64,000 bases of DNA from Octopus bimaculoides (lineage: Eukaryota): assembly GCF_001194135.2 (NCBI RefSeq), contig NC_068990.1, positions 85,142,556-85,206,555 on the forward strand, read 5' to 3'. The position numbers and the translations under genes were made by a program. The notes beneath the pieces were generated by a model that was not told where the DNA came from, ran no database searches, and worked only from the letters and a program-made list of their open reading frames with translations. Shown here in pieces: positions 34,601 through 49,800 of this stretch. How positions within the stretch are numbered: position 1 is the first letter of the stretch; each line of letters starts with the position of its first letter.

Positions 34601-37600
34601 ATTGTTAAGGTTTTTTGTGAAATAGGAATGAAGTTGATAAAATTGATGTTTATCAGTTTTTAAAGTTGTGTGATTTGTTTTACTTGGTTTTTTTCTTTTT
34701 TTTTTTTCGTAAGAAATAATTCCTGATATGATAAAAGATGGATTTAGATTTTAAGTTCCAGATTTTATAATAACGAGCTTATTGTGCTGAGTTGTGTTCT
34801 TAATTTAACCATTCTTAAACTGAAAATTGATTCCTGACTGATATGGAAAATATTTGCCTTTCTCACAGAACAGAAATTTAAGAATGGGTCGTCAGAAATG
34901 GCAACTGTTTTGTAGAGGGAATATATGCTGTTTTCTTTGAAATATTACAGATGATTGACCCATTGTATTTGGGAGTTGCTTTCATCCTCCTCTTAGGATC
35001 AACTGATCTGAGTTTGGATGATCTTCAAAGATCTGGTTGTGTCCAAATATGTTACCCAAAGCAACAAATCAAAATAAAGATGAATTGTGTCACCATTTTA
35101 TATTCCTACGATGTCATCTTTTATATTCTTCTTACCTTCCAAACTACAACGAAACATTTTGGCTGCTTGCTAAAAGAATCTCTGTCAACTTTATGGAATT
35201 CTTCTTTACACCACTTCTCAGCTAAGATAGTTCAGTAAACAGTACTCTCGTGTGAAAAACCTCCACATGAGCCGACCATTTTTCATTCAAGTCCATACTG
35301 TACACGTTAGGTAAATTTTCTTCAAAGCTATCCATTTCCACTTCACAAAGATCACCCACTCACATCTACACACACCCATGTATTGGCTAAACACTTCAAA
35401 CACATGCATTGGCTAAACGCTATTGCTAAACACTTCAATCATTCTGCTCATTCTCCCCCTCTCTCTATATGTCTCCCTTTTTCTCTCTTCCATTTTCTCA
35501 CTAACTCACACAGCAGTGATATATCATATGGGAACATGTTACAGTGTATCCTTTTCCCAAGAAGAGCAACCTCTCTGACTTTGACGGTTACTTATCTACA
35601 GAACTCACTTCAGTATTGCACAGATCCTGGACATACCATTATCAATTAACTTCCCCAACCTTGAATCTCTCTTCATTCTTAATGACATTGAATATGGCCT
35701 TTTTTAAAGCCAGATCTACTTGAAACTTACTTGTATGCCACTCATAATCAGGATCTTGTCCTCAAATAATTTGGAGGCAGTTTTGTTGCCATCAACATTC
35801 GCAAAACTTTTAATCATGTCAGGAATACATATCTGTTATCAGAAATATCTGTCTAATAATAAACAAACCTTTGTGCCACACATCCTCTCATACAGAACTG
35901 ATTGGGGGCTATGCATTAAAACTCTCTTACTTTGGAGAAATTGATAGGTCTTAAATGCTTAAGTATTAACTGATAGGTCTCAAATGCTAGAATGATATGT
36001 ATAAACTGAGAGGTCTTGAATGATAGAATATGAGTAAACTGGTGGGTCTTAAATAGCAAAATATATGTGTATATAGATAAATTTTAAATGGTGGGATATA
36101 TATAAATTGATAGACCTTAAATGATAATATAGGAGTATAAACTATTAGGTCTTAAATAGAGAAATATAAGTTGTGTTACTTACCATGCTACCTTCATCTC
36201 CTTTGGGACCACGTTCTCCTGAAGGTCCAAGGTCTCCCTGTAAAAATTTTAAAATAAAATTTTGTTTTTATTCATGCATCAATATGTTTTTTTCTCATTT
36301 CTTGTTTGTTGATATCACACACCTTTCAATAGATTATAAAACATTCTATTAAATGGAGTACAGAATATACTGAAATGTGATCAAGTGGCTATGAGGCTAT
36401 TGTGCTAGACTATTGACAACATAGTTCAAGTCTTCCTACCACAGTTATTGTATTATGACTTTAGGTGAAAACACAAAATTTCATTTACTTTGCTCCGTCC
36501 TTACTAATATCAAGATTTATCTTAGCTGATAAATCTTAGCTAATAATTTATCTTAGCTAATAAGTGTGATTGAACTCAGGAAATGAGTTGATTAGAGATG
36601 GGGAATGGGTGAGAGAGTGAATATAGCAAAGAACAAATACTAAGGGTTGATAAGTAGGAAAAGTAGAGAAGAGTAGGTGACAACTGTAGAAATTCAATAG
36701 AGTTGAGGAGCGACCAATGATACACATGAGTTTGTAGTAAGGGTACTACAAGAAGAGATGACTGACAGTACACAAAAGAGGAGGGGAAGAGTAGCAGGAT
36801 AGGACAAGGGGATGCTGAGAGATGTGACAAAGAGAGAAGCAGAGAGAGAGAGACAGACAGACAGATAGAGAGAGATGACTTGTGGTTGGGTAGGTTGTAA
36901 GAGTGCTGGGCAGGTGTAGTAAATGAGAAGGACAGACATGTAATAGTCATAGAGGAAAGATAATGCAGTGGCTCTGGAGGGTGATCTATGTAAAATGGGA
37001 GTGGAGAGGACAATATTAGAAATGAAAGATGGATATCAAGTGAAATGTTTCCAAGTAGCGAGTAAGATAAATAGTATCAGGGAAAAACTGGTGATGTATA
37101 CAGTTCTGTTCACATGTGATTACAGCAGTAGAATACCGCAGTTAGAGAGATGACTGGTGGGGGACCATGCAATGATGTTCTAAAGTTTTGTTAGTGTTAG
37201 AACAGGTTCTGACACTGGCAAAGTTTTCCTTGGTTTAGTTAATGTCATTTTGTGTTAATGTCAGTTTGGTCAGTTAGTACATAGAAGAACATCTGTCCAT
37301 AAAAGAAAAAAAAAAACATTCCAAATCTTGTCTCCATTCTGGGCACCAATGGCACCTACAGATATACAAAAACTAGACAGTCGAGGAAATTCAACTGGTC
37401 TGAGTTGTTGCATTGCACTCCACTCAATTAATTATTGCATGGCATAATAGTACTAGATAACCTGTACTCAAACAGATGGAGGTATGGAATATGCAGAGTA
37501 CTTGATTATTTGTTGGTCTTATCCGGATGTTCAACCACTTACTTGTCATGGATCTGTTTCATCAGGCTTGTCCTGATAATTCAACAAATAACTTAACCTT

Positions 37601-37780
37601 GTCAACCCATAATATGTTGTGATAATGAGATATTCATTGTTAAGCAAAATTTATCACTCACCTTGTCTCCTTCTTCTCCAGGGGATCCAACAGGTCCGGC
37701 TGGTCCAGGATAACCCTAGAAATAAGAAATGAACATTTTTAAGCTTGTTTTGTTGCAAACATTATTATTATTATCCTCAT

Positions 37781-37824
<44 letters not shown>

Positions 37825-40800
37825 CAATATTACACTACTAACAGTGTCTTCTGCATCTATTAATCTTTTGCCTTTTTCATTTCTTGTTAGGAAGAGTCCA
37901 TCAGTATTATTTTTAGGGTGGTGTGTATTGTGCATTGCAAGCAGTTTCCTCGTTCTAAATTTTGTAGCTTGAACACTTTTTAATTCAGAAAGGGAGCAGA
38001 GTATCTTAATACTGGCATTGCCCATGCATTTATTGTTTTAATGATATTCCCTTCATTTAATTTTGTTACAAGCAATTCCTAATTCTTCTCTTGTAATCTT
38101 TCCAAATTTTTCCGTTCATTTCTTCTTCCATTATCCTATTGTCATGCAACACCCCTAGATATTTGTATCCTTCATTATTCCACAATGATCTAAAAATATT
38201 GTTTTGTGATCATCATCATCATCATCATCATCATCATTATTATTATAATTTCACATTGATTGTGCTAACAATCTCGTGTCTTGAGGTATAATGACAACAA
38301 ATCCCCTTTATTTAAAAGAAAAATTTGAGAAAATATTTTTGCAGAGTTGCAAATTACAGTTTTGCACATCTCCATGATCTGCATCTCAATTCCAATATTT
38401 CTGTTCCTTGAAAATTTACCATTCTTATGCCAGCAGGAACAACTTACACATCCTAGTGTTTTGTCAGTTCTTTAACTAAATCTAGAAACTTTTAAATCAA
38501 GGTAAGACTCATTCAGTCACCTGTAATTTCATTCTTTGTAAATCTGTGAATTTGTGCCAATGTTTTCAAGTTGGCACAAAGGAAAAGCATGTTGGCAAAA
38601 ACTTTAAAGTACCTGAAGGATTAGTTTTGGACTTTTCTCAATCTGGGATCATGATTTCTGGTATCATCAGAATAAATACCAGTTATATACCGGATTTTAT
38701 TCAAATTAATGAATCACGTCTATTTAAATTGTTAGCTGTGCTATATGCTCTACAGATCTTCAACTTTGGCCAAGATATATTATTGTCAGACTGCAACTTT
38801 AACAAGAACAACAACTACTTCCATATAAAATGAAAGAATACTTTACTTACTCTTGGACCCTGGGATCCAACAGGTCCAGCATCACCAGGATTACCTTCAG
38901 GTCCCTAAAAAATAAAAAGAAAGAAGTGCATAAATAAATTTGAAAAGGTTTTCTTCTAAAAGAAGTTGAAAATTGATAAAAATATATCCTAAATTTTAAA
39001 ATATCTAATTTAAAATTGAAGCAATATGATGTAAATTTTTGTAGAATTAAAATTTTTTTTTCCTTCAAATAGTCTTTTATAAATTTTGCATAGAAAAGTC
39101 TTTAGAATAATCTCATCAGATTTTTCAGAATAGTGCTTTAATAGATACACATTTTGTAACAGAGAACACAAAACAATAATTACTTACTGGATCTCCCTTC
39201 AATCCTCGGGGTCCTTGAGAACCGATTAAACCTCTTCGTCCCTAGAAGAAAAGAAAGAGTGAAAAACATTGCTGAAAATTATTTTCATAGAGTAATTTTA
39301 ATTATATTTTTGACTATCTGGGTTTGTAATTCCCTAATTACAAAAAAAATCAAGTCAATCAAATCTATCTATCTGTGAAATAAGGCTATGCATAATAAGG
39401 TTGTGTTACCTCACTAATCAAGATTTTGATTAATTGTTTATAATTAGATTTTAAACACTTCTAGGAGTTTTTATTTATTAATTACATGGATAATCTTAGT
39501 TAATCAAAATTGCCCATATGCATTATTTATATTCTTCATTTGTTATATATTTTGTTTTTCCCTTTATATGACTATTTTAATTTTTATTTATGTTTATCAT
39601 TTGTAATCTTTATTCTTATATGTTTGACATATTAGCTCACAGACAACAATCGGAATACACAGGATCAGTGGACTGTGCAATCTTAGAGTCAGAGTCAGTG
39701 ACCTGGGAATCCACATGAGTAATGATGTAACATTCCATGTGTATATTACCAAGAAGGCAAGGTCCTGCAGGTGAGTGGCTGGCTGAATTCTGAGAGCATT
39801 CAGAACCAGGAAAAAGGATAGCGTTTTATTTTTTTTCTTTGTTAGAAATCAACTTCCTGCATGTAGGAAAAAAATTCTAATAAATAAAGAGTAAAACACA
39901 TGGATACATAAATACATGAATATACATATACACACATACATACATACACATACATACATACATACATACACACACACATACATACATACATACATACATA
40001 CATACATACATACATTCATACATGCACACACATATGCAGATATGCATAATGTTTTAGTGTAAAGATGACTTACTGGAACACCTCGGTCACCAGGTTTGCC
40101 AATTTCTCCTCGTTCTCCTTTGTCACCCTGAAATACACAGAAACTTCATTAGCGAACTGCTTATGTTAGTGGTCAGTGCAAATATGTTTCATATATATAA
40201 ATAAAACCATTCTAGTCTCGGCTACACGATGTATTCGGGCAATGTAAAAGTATTTCAAAATAAATAGAGATATCTAATATGAATTAAATGAACTCAGACC
40301 ATAAAGATAGATGAAATGGCCAGCTCACCACTTTAAATAATAATAATGATAATAATAATAATGATAATAATAATAATAATGATAATAATAANNNNNNNNN
40401 NAATAATAATGATAATAATAATAATGATAATAATAATAATGATAATAATAATAACAACTTATAAATAATTAAAAAAATGCAGCATTTCATACTTACTGTG
40501 GGTCCGCGTGGACCAGAGTTACCTGGCTCTCCATTTTTGCCATCTTTGCCCTGAAATAACAAAGAGATAATAGAAATTAGGTGTTTGGAATTAGAAGAGA
40601 GATGAAGCAGGTATTTTTTTTTTGTTTCATTCAATCAGGAGGAAAAGCAGTGCCCATGTTTCTTTTACAGGGCATCTCTAAGACTAAGAAGAGATGAGGA
40701 GAGATGAAGAAAAGTTTCCTCAAACTGGAAACTGGCATGAAATTTTGCAATAGGGTAGACTCTGCTAACAGCATGCAAAAACCAAATGGTGCTGAAGGTT

Positions 40801-43800
40801 CTAGTTCAAAATTTATTTCTGATACTCAGTATAAAACATACACAGGTACACACTCACGTACATGCTTTCACTCACTTTCACTTTTGTATATTAATGGCCT
40901 TATCTCAATCCTCAAATCTAAATTTTTCACACAGATATACAACATACACATGCATACATACATGCATACATACACACACACACTCTCACATGCACACACA
41001 TACATACTTACATACATACATGGATCTCACATCGGTTTCAATGATGAGTGTTCCAATATTTGCTCAACAGAACCAGCTAGACAGTGTGTATACAGTAATC
41101 CCTCGACTATCACAGGTGTTATGTTCCAAAACCTCCCTCATAAATAATTAAAGTCTAAAAAAAATATAAATCCCTTTTGCTTGCAGAAACCTGGATCTAC
41201 TGAGGAGTCTGTGATATAAATTTACAATATATTAGCCAGAAAAATCTGCAATGTACTGAGTGTGTGATAGGTGAACCGCGATATACAGAGTGCACAATAG
41301 GTGAACTGCAATATGGTGAGGGAATGTTGTAATGCCAGTGGCTGGGAATGTCATAGGCACTGGCATGCTTAAATGACAATACTGGCTCTTTGATATTACA
41401 GGTACATGTCAAGGCTTTCCAAACAATTTCCACCCATCTTTCGCATCGAAGATCGGTGATTGTTGTACGATGACAAAAGGTAAATATCCAGAAACCTGGG
41501 TCCGTGCGTATCACGTCAGGTTGACGCTGGGAAGGATGACTTCCCTTTGCAAATACCGACAGGGCACAGAAAGTGTGTCAATAGCCAGCTGGAGGAGATG
41601 TTCTTCTGGGGCTAAAAGCTACAGTAACAGTCACCCTTAGGGTTTAGCTGCATTTAAGTGGCGAATATATTTCATCCACCTCGTTTCACTGATAAGGCTT
41701 GTTGTGGTCAAAGCTTGAGGCTATGATAGAAGGCCTAACCTTAGGTGTTCCACAACGGAACCAAACAAGGAACCTCATGCTTATGCTATGAACTTCTTAA
41801 TCATGTGGCTATGTTTGTGTGTATGCACAAACATACATACATACATACATGCGTATTAGACCTAACATACATACACGTTCCTTATTCCCATCAGGGTAAC
41901 TAGAGAAACATATCAATACAAAAGAAATATACTTACAGGTGGACCTGGTAAACCTCTGTCACCAGGGAATCCAGGGGCACCTGAAGGTCCAACAGGGCCA
42001 TCAGGTCCAGGGTTTCCGGGCGGTCCCTAAAAGACAAAAATAAAGTAAGATAAGTCACTAAGTCAAACATTGAAAAGGCACTGGACCCACCACCCATATT
42101 TATTAAGGCTCTCATAAAATTACACTTTCTATACATATTAGCAGATTTTCACTGCACAGCTAATAGTTTGGATTTAGAAAATACATATCAGTTTCTTTTG
42201 TTCTTTCTTAGAAAATCCTAGCACTTGTAGTGTGTATGTATGTGTTTGTATATGTAAGCAGTGGCAGACTGGTCAGGTTGCCAGCTGGCCCGATGGCAAG
42301 TGGGCCCCTGCACCATTAGAATCCATATATGCAGGCTCATGTTAGTATCTAAGGGGCCCATCCCCTCAAGTTTGAGAATTTTTTATTCACTTCTGGAAGA
42401 ATGCATTAATTATCACAGCCTGGTTGTGTTTGTAGACAGTTGAAAAGTATACTTTTAACAAAAAAAAAAAATGGTAAAACACATGACGCGTAATCACAGA
42501 GATGTGAGTTCGAGTCTCATGGCTGGCCAGTAACGTATTTTTCTGCAATGCATGGATAATTTATCCTGATCACATTATTTATAGCATTATCACGCGTTTG
42601 AGAAATAAATTTATTTATTTCTGTATCTTACAATACATCTCAACGCTTCTAAAAACAAACTGTTTGTTTACTTTCATCGTAAAGTTGAATTTAACATTAG
42701 CATCTTATAAAGCTAAATTTATAAGTTCTAAAATTGTAGAAGAATCCGTTGCTGGTCAGTTTAGTTTAATGGTAAAACACTTGACGCGTAATCACAGAGA
42801 TGTGAGTTCGAGTCTCATGGCTGGCCAGTAACGTATTTTTCTGCAATAAATGGATAATTTATCCTGATCATGCTATTTATAGCATTATCACGTGTTTGAG
42901 AAATAAATTTATTTCTGTGTCTTAAAAAAAAAATTAAATGATAGCATTGGAGTTGAGCCATAATGAAAAGTATTGTGTCTGTTATACCATGTCATCTTCT
43001 TAAATATTTAGGACTATAATGTCCCATGTGTGCTTCTGTTTTTATGGTAGTAATGTTTGGTTTGAGGGAGGTTTGGCAGCTATGTTTTGCAGATTGGGAT
43101 ACCTGCAAGAAATAACTGCCAAATCACTCACAATGCCTCATGGTATATTTAGCTGTTATCATACATGTATTCAACAACAAAGCAATACTTACAGCTTCTC
43201 CAGGGGTTCCAGCCTCTCCAGGTAGTCCAGTATCTCCAGGTGGGCCCTATAGAAAAAGATGTAAATGATCATGAGTATAATACAAACTGATTATAATTAT
43301 GATGGTGAAAATGACAAGGAATATATTACTGTTGCTATGGGTAGTGGAGAAGGAAGCTTTCATAAACAACAAAATATAATATCCCTAAGTGCCATGACAT
43401 GGTTCATCATGTAAACGTACAGGGTCAGATGGTCCCTACAGAAGACCTTTCAGTTATCATACAGTAATTCAAGGAATATTTATATAACAGATCAGGATTC
43501 AGGTGAATCAGGCACTTAAATGGTGAAGCACCATATTGAGTCGAAGAACAAAATGTGTACACAACAAAAATAGTGGAATACAGGTAGAAATAGTGGAAGT
43601 ACAGGTAGAAAGGTATTCATGTTATGTATATGATTAACTGTACCTGACTGAGAATATCAATAGCCCTGAGGCTAAGGAAATGCACATTGCACTGAATGTA
43701 CGTTCCATAATATACATGAGTCTTATGACCAGTAATGGTCATAGAATCATTGAAGGTGCACAAACTGTTGGCTTTTAAATGTTTTTGAATGTTGTGATTC

Positions 43801-43905
43801 ATGTATTTTCACTTGAGGAAAACGGTTTTTTTTACAAATGATGTAATTAATCAATTAAAAATTCCTTGGAAATAGCTGTAGTGGACTGAAACATTGTCTA
43901 TCTGT

Positions 43906-43953
<48 letters not shown>

Positions 43954-46783
43954 GGAATTTACTAAAAAAAAAATAAACAAAACAAAAGATGAAGATGGGT
44001 GTGTAAACAACAAATAGATGTATTAGTTTAACACTTGGGAAGTGAGAAAGTCTTTTATGTTTCGAGCCTACGCTCTTCAACAGAAAGGAACACAGAAATA
44101 AGCAGAGACAGAAAATAGAAAAAAGGTTAAGTGGCAAGCGATATATTTTTTTCTTTTATTTGTTTCAGTCATTTTGATTGTGGCCATGCTGGAGCACCAC
44201 CTTTAGTCGAACAAATCGACTCCATTATATATATATATATAATCTTAATCATTATCATCCTTTAACGGCTGTTTTCCATCTGGCATATATTGATGTATGT
44301 ACATAAAAAGTAAGGATAAATACAAGTTTATATTATAATTCCTATTGTATTTCACCTTTATGGTGGTGGTTTGGAGCCCTACAATAGAAGTCCCAGGTAT
44401 ATCAAGATGCCCTAAATGCATGATGAAAGTATGTATGTATGAAAGTATGTATGTATGTATGTATGTATGTATGTATGTTCTCATCATCACGGATGGAGGA
44501 AACAGGTTAAGGAGGGGATTGACATTTTTGAGAGAGCACATATCCAGCATGAAGAAATTAAACGAGCTGCGCGAAAGCGCGCGGCTCATACAGTGAATGG
44601 GGAAGGCTTGGTCTGCAATGATTGCAGTCATGTATGCTTGTCAAGAGCAGGGCTCATTAGCCACCAATGGAGCCGCAAATACAAAATATAAGTTAGTCCT
44701 AGAGTGCACAATGTTCCCGAAGGTCGGCAATGGTCTTCCTCGGTCACGAGTGGACAGCCATCATGTATGTATGTTTGTATGTATGTATGTATGTATGTGT
44801 GTATGATAAATTTCTACTTACAAGATTTCCAGGTGGTCCAGGATCTCCTGGTGGTCCGGCATCGCCAGGTGGGCCCTACACAAATATATGGAAAGAACAT
44901 GTCATTATTAACATATAAATCATACAGGTCATTTGTCATTTTTACAGCAGATATTCATAACCTTATAGCAGTATATGTAAACAAATAGCACACGACCTAT
45001 CTAGTTAGTGTATATGTGATAATCCAAGATAGTAATTTCTATTTAAGTGTTGATGCACTGCATTCTGTCATTGTCTGACTTCACTGCAGTCTGCTTACTG
45101 TTTTCATTAAATGAGTAAGAATACTTTAATTACATTAAGTCTATTCCTGTAATGAGGAGAAGAAAGCATAAGATGAAATGCAGGGGTAACAACTCTAAAA
45201 TCTCAGGTATTTAAAACCAGTTGATAATTATGAAAATTTGGTAAATTGAAATGGTATCACACTTACAGTCATCATCATCACCATCATCGTCGTTTAACGT
45301 CCGATTTCCATGCTGGCATCGGTTGGATAGATTGACTGAGGACTGGCAAGCTAGAAGGCTGTACCAGGCTCCAATCTGATTCAGCAAGGTTTCTACAGCT
45401 GGATGCCCTTCTTAACACCAACCACTCTGAGAGTGTAGTGGGTGCTTTTTACATCCCACTGGCACCAACCACGCTTGAATGGTGCTTTTTATGTGCCACC
45501 GGTACAGGAGCCAGTCAGGCAGCATTGGCAGCGACAGATGGAAAAAGAACTCATGGGCCAACATTAAATTAATAGTGTAGTTTTTAACTCCAAAGAAAAA
45601 TGTCTTAAGTTTGAAAAATATTCTATACAACCACTTCTCCATTCTTCTTACAAACTTAGGGAAACCAGTTAAAAGTAATATTTTTATTATTGATACTTAC
45701 AGTTGGACCCATCACACCGACAGGACCAACAGCTCCAGGTGGGCCTGGTGGACCCTGAAAGGAAAGAAAAAGAAATTTGAATATTATGATTATCATAAAA
45801 TATATCTGAATATATTTAAGATACACATATAACATTTATATTGTAGAGTTGGTTTTAATATCAAGTATGTATACTGTATACTGATACCTATAAACATATA
45901 AAACAATGTTATAATTGTTATTGTTTTATTGTTTTCCTTCATTTTCTAGCATGTAACATCTGTTGCAAGTGAGAGGTGTAAACCAACTGTGTTGTGATAG
46001 TTCTAAATATTTGAACTTAGTTATCTTATTGTTCTTGGTTTAATTTCATTGAAAGTTTATATAATGGTCCTGTTTGGAATTAATTTATAAAAGAAGTGTT
46101 AGACTCAACTTACGATTTCTCCTCTTTCGCCTGGGAATCCTGGAGAACCATCTTTGCCTGGATGACCCTAGAACGGGAAATATGAGAAAATAATTATAAA
46201 TCAACGAATAGACAAAAGATTAAACATAATTAATACTTTGAAATCAAAGTCTACTAATTTTTCAACACCAAAGGAGTTGAACACGAATGAAGAGAGGGTC
46301 AAAATCCAAAGAGATAATACAGTTAATTAAGCAACATTTTGGAGATAATGTTGATTGATACTTCTAAACTAATGATGAAAATAAATTCATGAGATAAAGA
46401 ATAAGTACTAGAGTTGTTATATAAAAATGTGTACAACGCTCACACACACACACATCCACACACATTATTTTTATGAGAGAAAGACGCAGTCATTTTGAAG
46501 TTTGAGCTATGCAGCCATCATCAGTTACTCTGATAAAGGCTACATGGCTGAAACTTTGAAGCAACTGACAAACCATTTCTTAGTAAAGGTAAAGAGTAAA
46601 TATGTTATTCTGCAGCAAAGTACTGAGTGATCCTTCGATTTAATGTTTTAGTGTTTCATATATAACGTTATATAAAAAGAAACATTAACGCATACATACA
46701 CACACATGTGCATATATATGTGTATATACATCTATATATTTATGCATGTATGTATGTATGCATATATACACATACATATATAC

Positions 46784-46818
<35 letters not shown>

Positions 46819-49800
46819 NNNNNNNNNNNNNNNNNNNNNNNNNNNNNNNNNNNNNNNNNNNNNNNNNNNNNNNNNNNNNNNNNNNNNNNNNNNNNNNNNN
46901 NNNNNNNNNNNNNNNNNNNNNNNNNNNNNNNNNNNNNNNNNNNNNNNNNNNNNNNNNNNNNNNNNNNNNNNNNNNNNNNNNNNCACACACACAAATATAT
47001 ATATATATCTGTGTGTGTGTATGTGTTTGTGTAATATTAATTTTGTATAATTAGTGAATGTTGTTCGAAATGAAAGTGATGATATAATTATACTAACACC
47101 GGGTCCAGTTGGTCCGGGTGGTCCATTAGGGCCTGGAATTCCTTGAATACCTTGTTCTCCTTGGAATCCTGGTGGACCAGGTTGACCATCATCTCCTTTA
47201 GGACCAGTAGGTCCAGGAATACCTCTGGCACCTCTCTCTCCTCGTTGTCCCTGTCAACAATGAAAATTTGCCAAACTTTTAATCATTTGAACTTCTTTAT
47301 TAAATGCAATACAGGAGAATTAAGTATAAAACAAGGATAATAAATATTAGATAATCTTAAAGAATATTAGACAGATAGTATTAAATATTAGATTGGGATA
47401 TTAGATATTAGCTAGATAGTATTAAATATTAAATTGGGACATTAGATATTAGCTAGGTAGTATTAAATATTATATGGAGATATTAATATTAAATATATTT
47501 TAAATAGGAATATCAAATATTATGTAGTAATATTAGATAATGATATTCTATAAGGATGTTAAATCATTATGTCTGCCTTGAAAGGTTCATGTGTGCTTCT
47601 TCTGGATTTTTGAGTTGTTTAGTAGTTTGAGAATGAAGGCTTTTCCTTAAATGTGATACTAGTCCAACGCAAAGTTAAGCCCAACTACAGCAAATACTCA
47701 TTTTTATCTGATTGGACTGGAGCAACATGACACAAGGTGTCTTGCTCAAGGGTATAATGTACCTTCTTGTCTGTAAATCAGTCTTCTGAGTTACCAATCA
47801 TGAACCTATCGTTCTAACCCTTAGATCATGTGCCTACACAAATTAATATGTAGCAATAACAAATGTATTTAACATTAAATGGAAACACTTAATATTAAAC
47901 CAACATGTTAGATATTCAAAGGAATATTCAGTATCATGTTAGGATATTCAACAGTATGTAGAAATATTAAGTACTAAATAGGAATATTAAATTCTATATG
48001 TAAACATTGTGAATAGGTATATATGGAGTTGACTGCAACATGTGAGATGATAATGGAGAAAGTAAGGGAGAGAAGAACGTTGAAAAGTGTGCAGAGGTTT
48101 TGGAAGGGTGCTAAGAAATGAATGACGGGAAGAGCTGTGCTTGATGGAGTTAGAGTGCTAGGCTTGCTGTCGAGAAGTGGGTTCGCGCGTTGAGTGTGGT
48201 TAGATGTGAGATGAAAGAGTAAGTGAGGTAGAGTTATGGGGCGCGCAGGAGTTTGCAAGCAGCACTGGAGGAGGTACTGCACAGGGCATCTGAATGCAGT
48301 ACCAGCCAGCAAGACAGAGATGTACAGTACTTAAATGGCCAAAACATCGATGAGATCTGATATACTGCCAATGATCCTCCGGTGTTGGCAGTGAGGGAGT
48401 TCGCTGTTAATATTTTATTGATAATTCATAAAAATATTAAATAAACATAGAAATATTAGTTATTACATATGGATATTAAATATTAAATATGAATATTAAA
48501 TATTACATGGGAATATTGATATTGATGTAAATATTAGATAGATATACTAAATATTACAGAAGGACATTAATTATTAGATTGGGATGTTAAATATTACATG
48601 GAGACATTAATTATTAGATTGGGATGTTAAATATTACATAGAGACATTAATTATTACAAAAATTTAACAGTGCAGTTTTCATCTTTAAAAGATAATTAGC
48701 TACTAATTAGCATTACAAGATGTCCTAAATGCTATATATATAAACATTATATACATTAATCTCCCATATAGTAATGTGCCCCACCATGTTGATTCAATGT
48801 TTTTCATGAGAAATAAACTCATAAATTAATTTAAAAGAATTAACTGCTAAGATTTTTAAAGCAAAATAGTATTAGATATTGTAAGCATATATCTGAGAGA
48901 AAAATACATGAGGATTCGTTTTTTTTCTTTTTTTATTTTTTCTTCTATTATCTCTAACCAATTGGTTGTGGCATAATAATAAATAATTAAAAACAAAATT
49001 AAAATAAATTAAATATTACTTACAATTGGTCCACGCTCACCTCTCTCTCCAGGTGGTCCAAGCAAACCCTGTAAAAGATAACAAAAATGACAGAATAAAA
49101 GCTTGGAAATGAAAGTCCTTATATAGTAATATGACAATTCAAAATATTGTAGATCATTCAAACTACTCAAAATGCTATACGACTCATAAAACTGCAATAT
49201 TTTGCTTTATGTCTGTGTATATGTAAAATATTATGCAGTTTTACATAGTTACCAATTTATGTCTAGAAAACTACTATTGAATCCAATACTTACTTATGTA
49301 TGCTGATAGCTGTACGAAATTACAGACAAGTATACATACATCTATACATACATACATACATTTATACATATAGGCGCAGGAGTGGCTGTGTGGTAAGTAG
49401 CTTGCTTACCAACCATATGGTCCCAGGTTCAGTCCCACTGTGTGGCACCTTGGGCGAGTGTCTTTTATTATAGCCTCGGGCCGACCAAAGCCTTGTGAGT
49501 GGATTTGATAGACGGAAACTGAAAGAAGCCCGTCGTATATGTATATATATATATATATGTATGTGTGTGTATAGGTTTGAGTGTCTGTGTTCGTTCCCCC
49601 CAGCATCACTTGACAACCGATGCTGGTGTGTTTGCGCCCCCGTAGCATTAGCAGTTTAGCAAAAAGAGACCGATAAAATAAATACTAGGCTTACAAAGAA
49701 TAAGCTCTGGGGTCGATTTGCTCGACTATAAAGGCGGTGCTCCAGCATGGCCACAGTCAAATGACTGAAACAAGTAAAAGAGTAAAAGAGTAATACATAC

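Noticed and set aside
34950-35400. Possible Tc1-like transposase remnant (TRVLFTE on minus)
   Set aside because: A single weak motif and no TIRs; not supportable.
36576-37013. 145-aa Leu/Ser-rich minus-strand ORF in a purine-skewed block
   Set aside because: Low-complexity composition with a (GACA)/(GA) repeat; probably decayed LINE; no diagnostic motif.
37327-37356. Collagen-like decoy [10 protein letters not shown] ending in the same 9 nt as W25
   Set aside because: Breaks Gly-X-Y, the AG gives the wrong phase, there is no donor, and the helix is complete without it.
42754-42827. Functional tRNA-Thr gene
   Set aside because: G at position 33, disrupted anticodon stem, and a SINE body follows, so treated as a SINE head.
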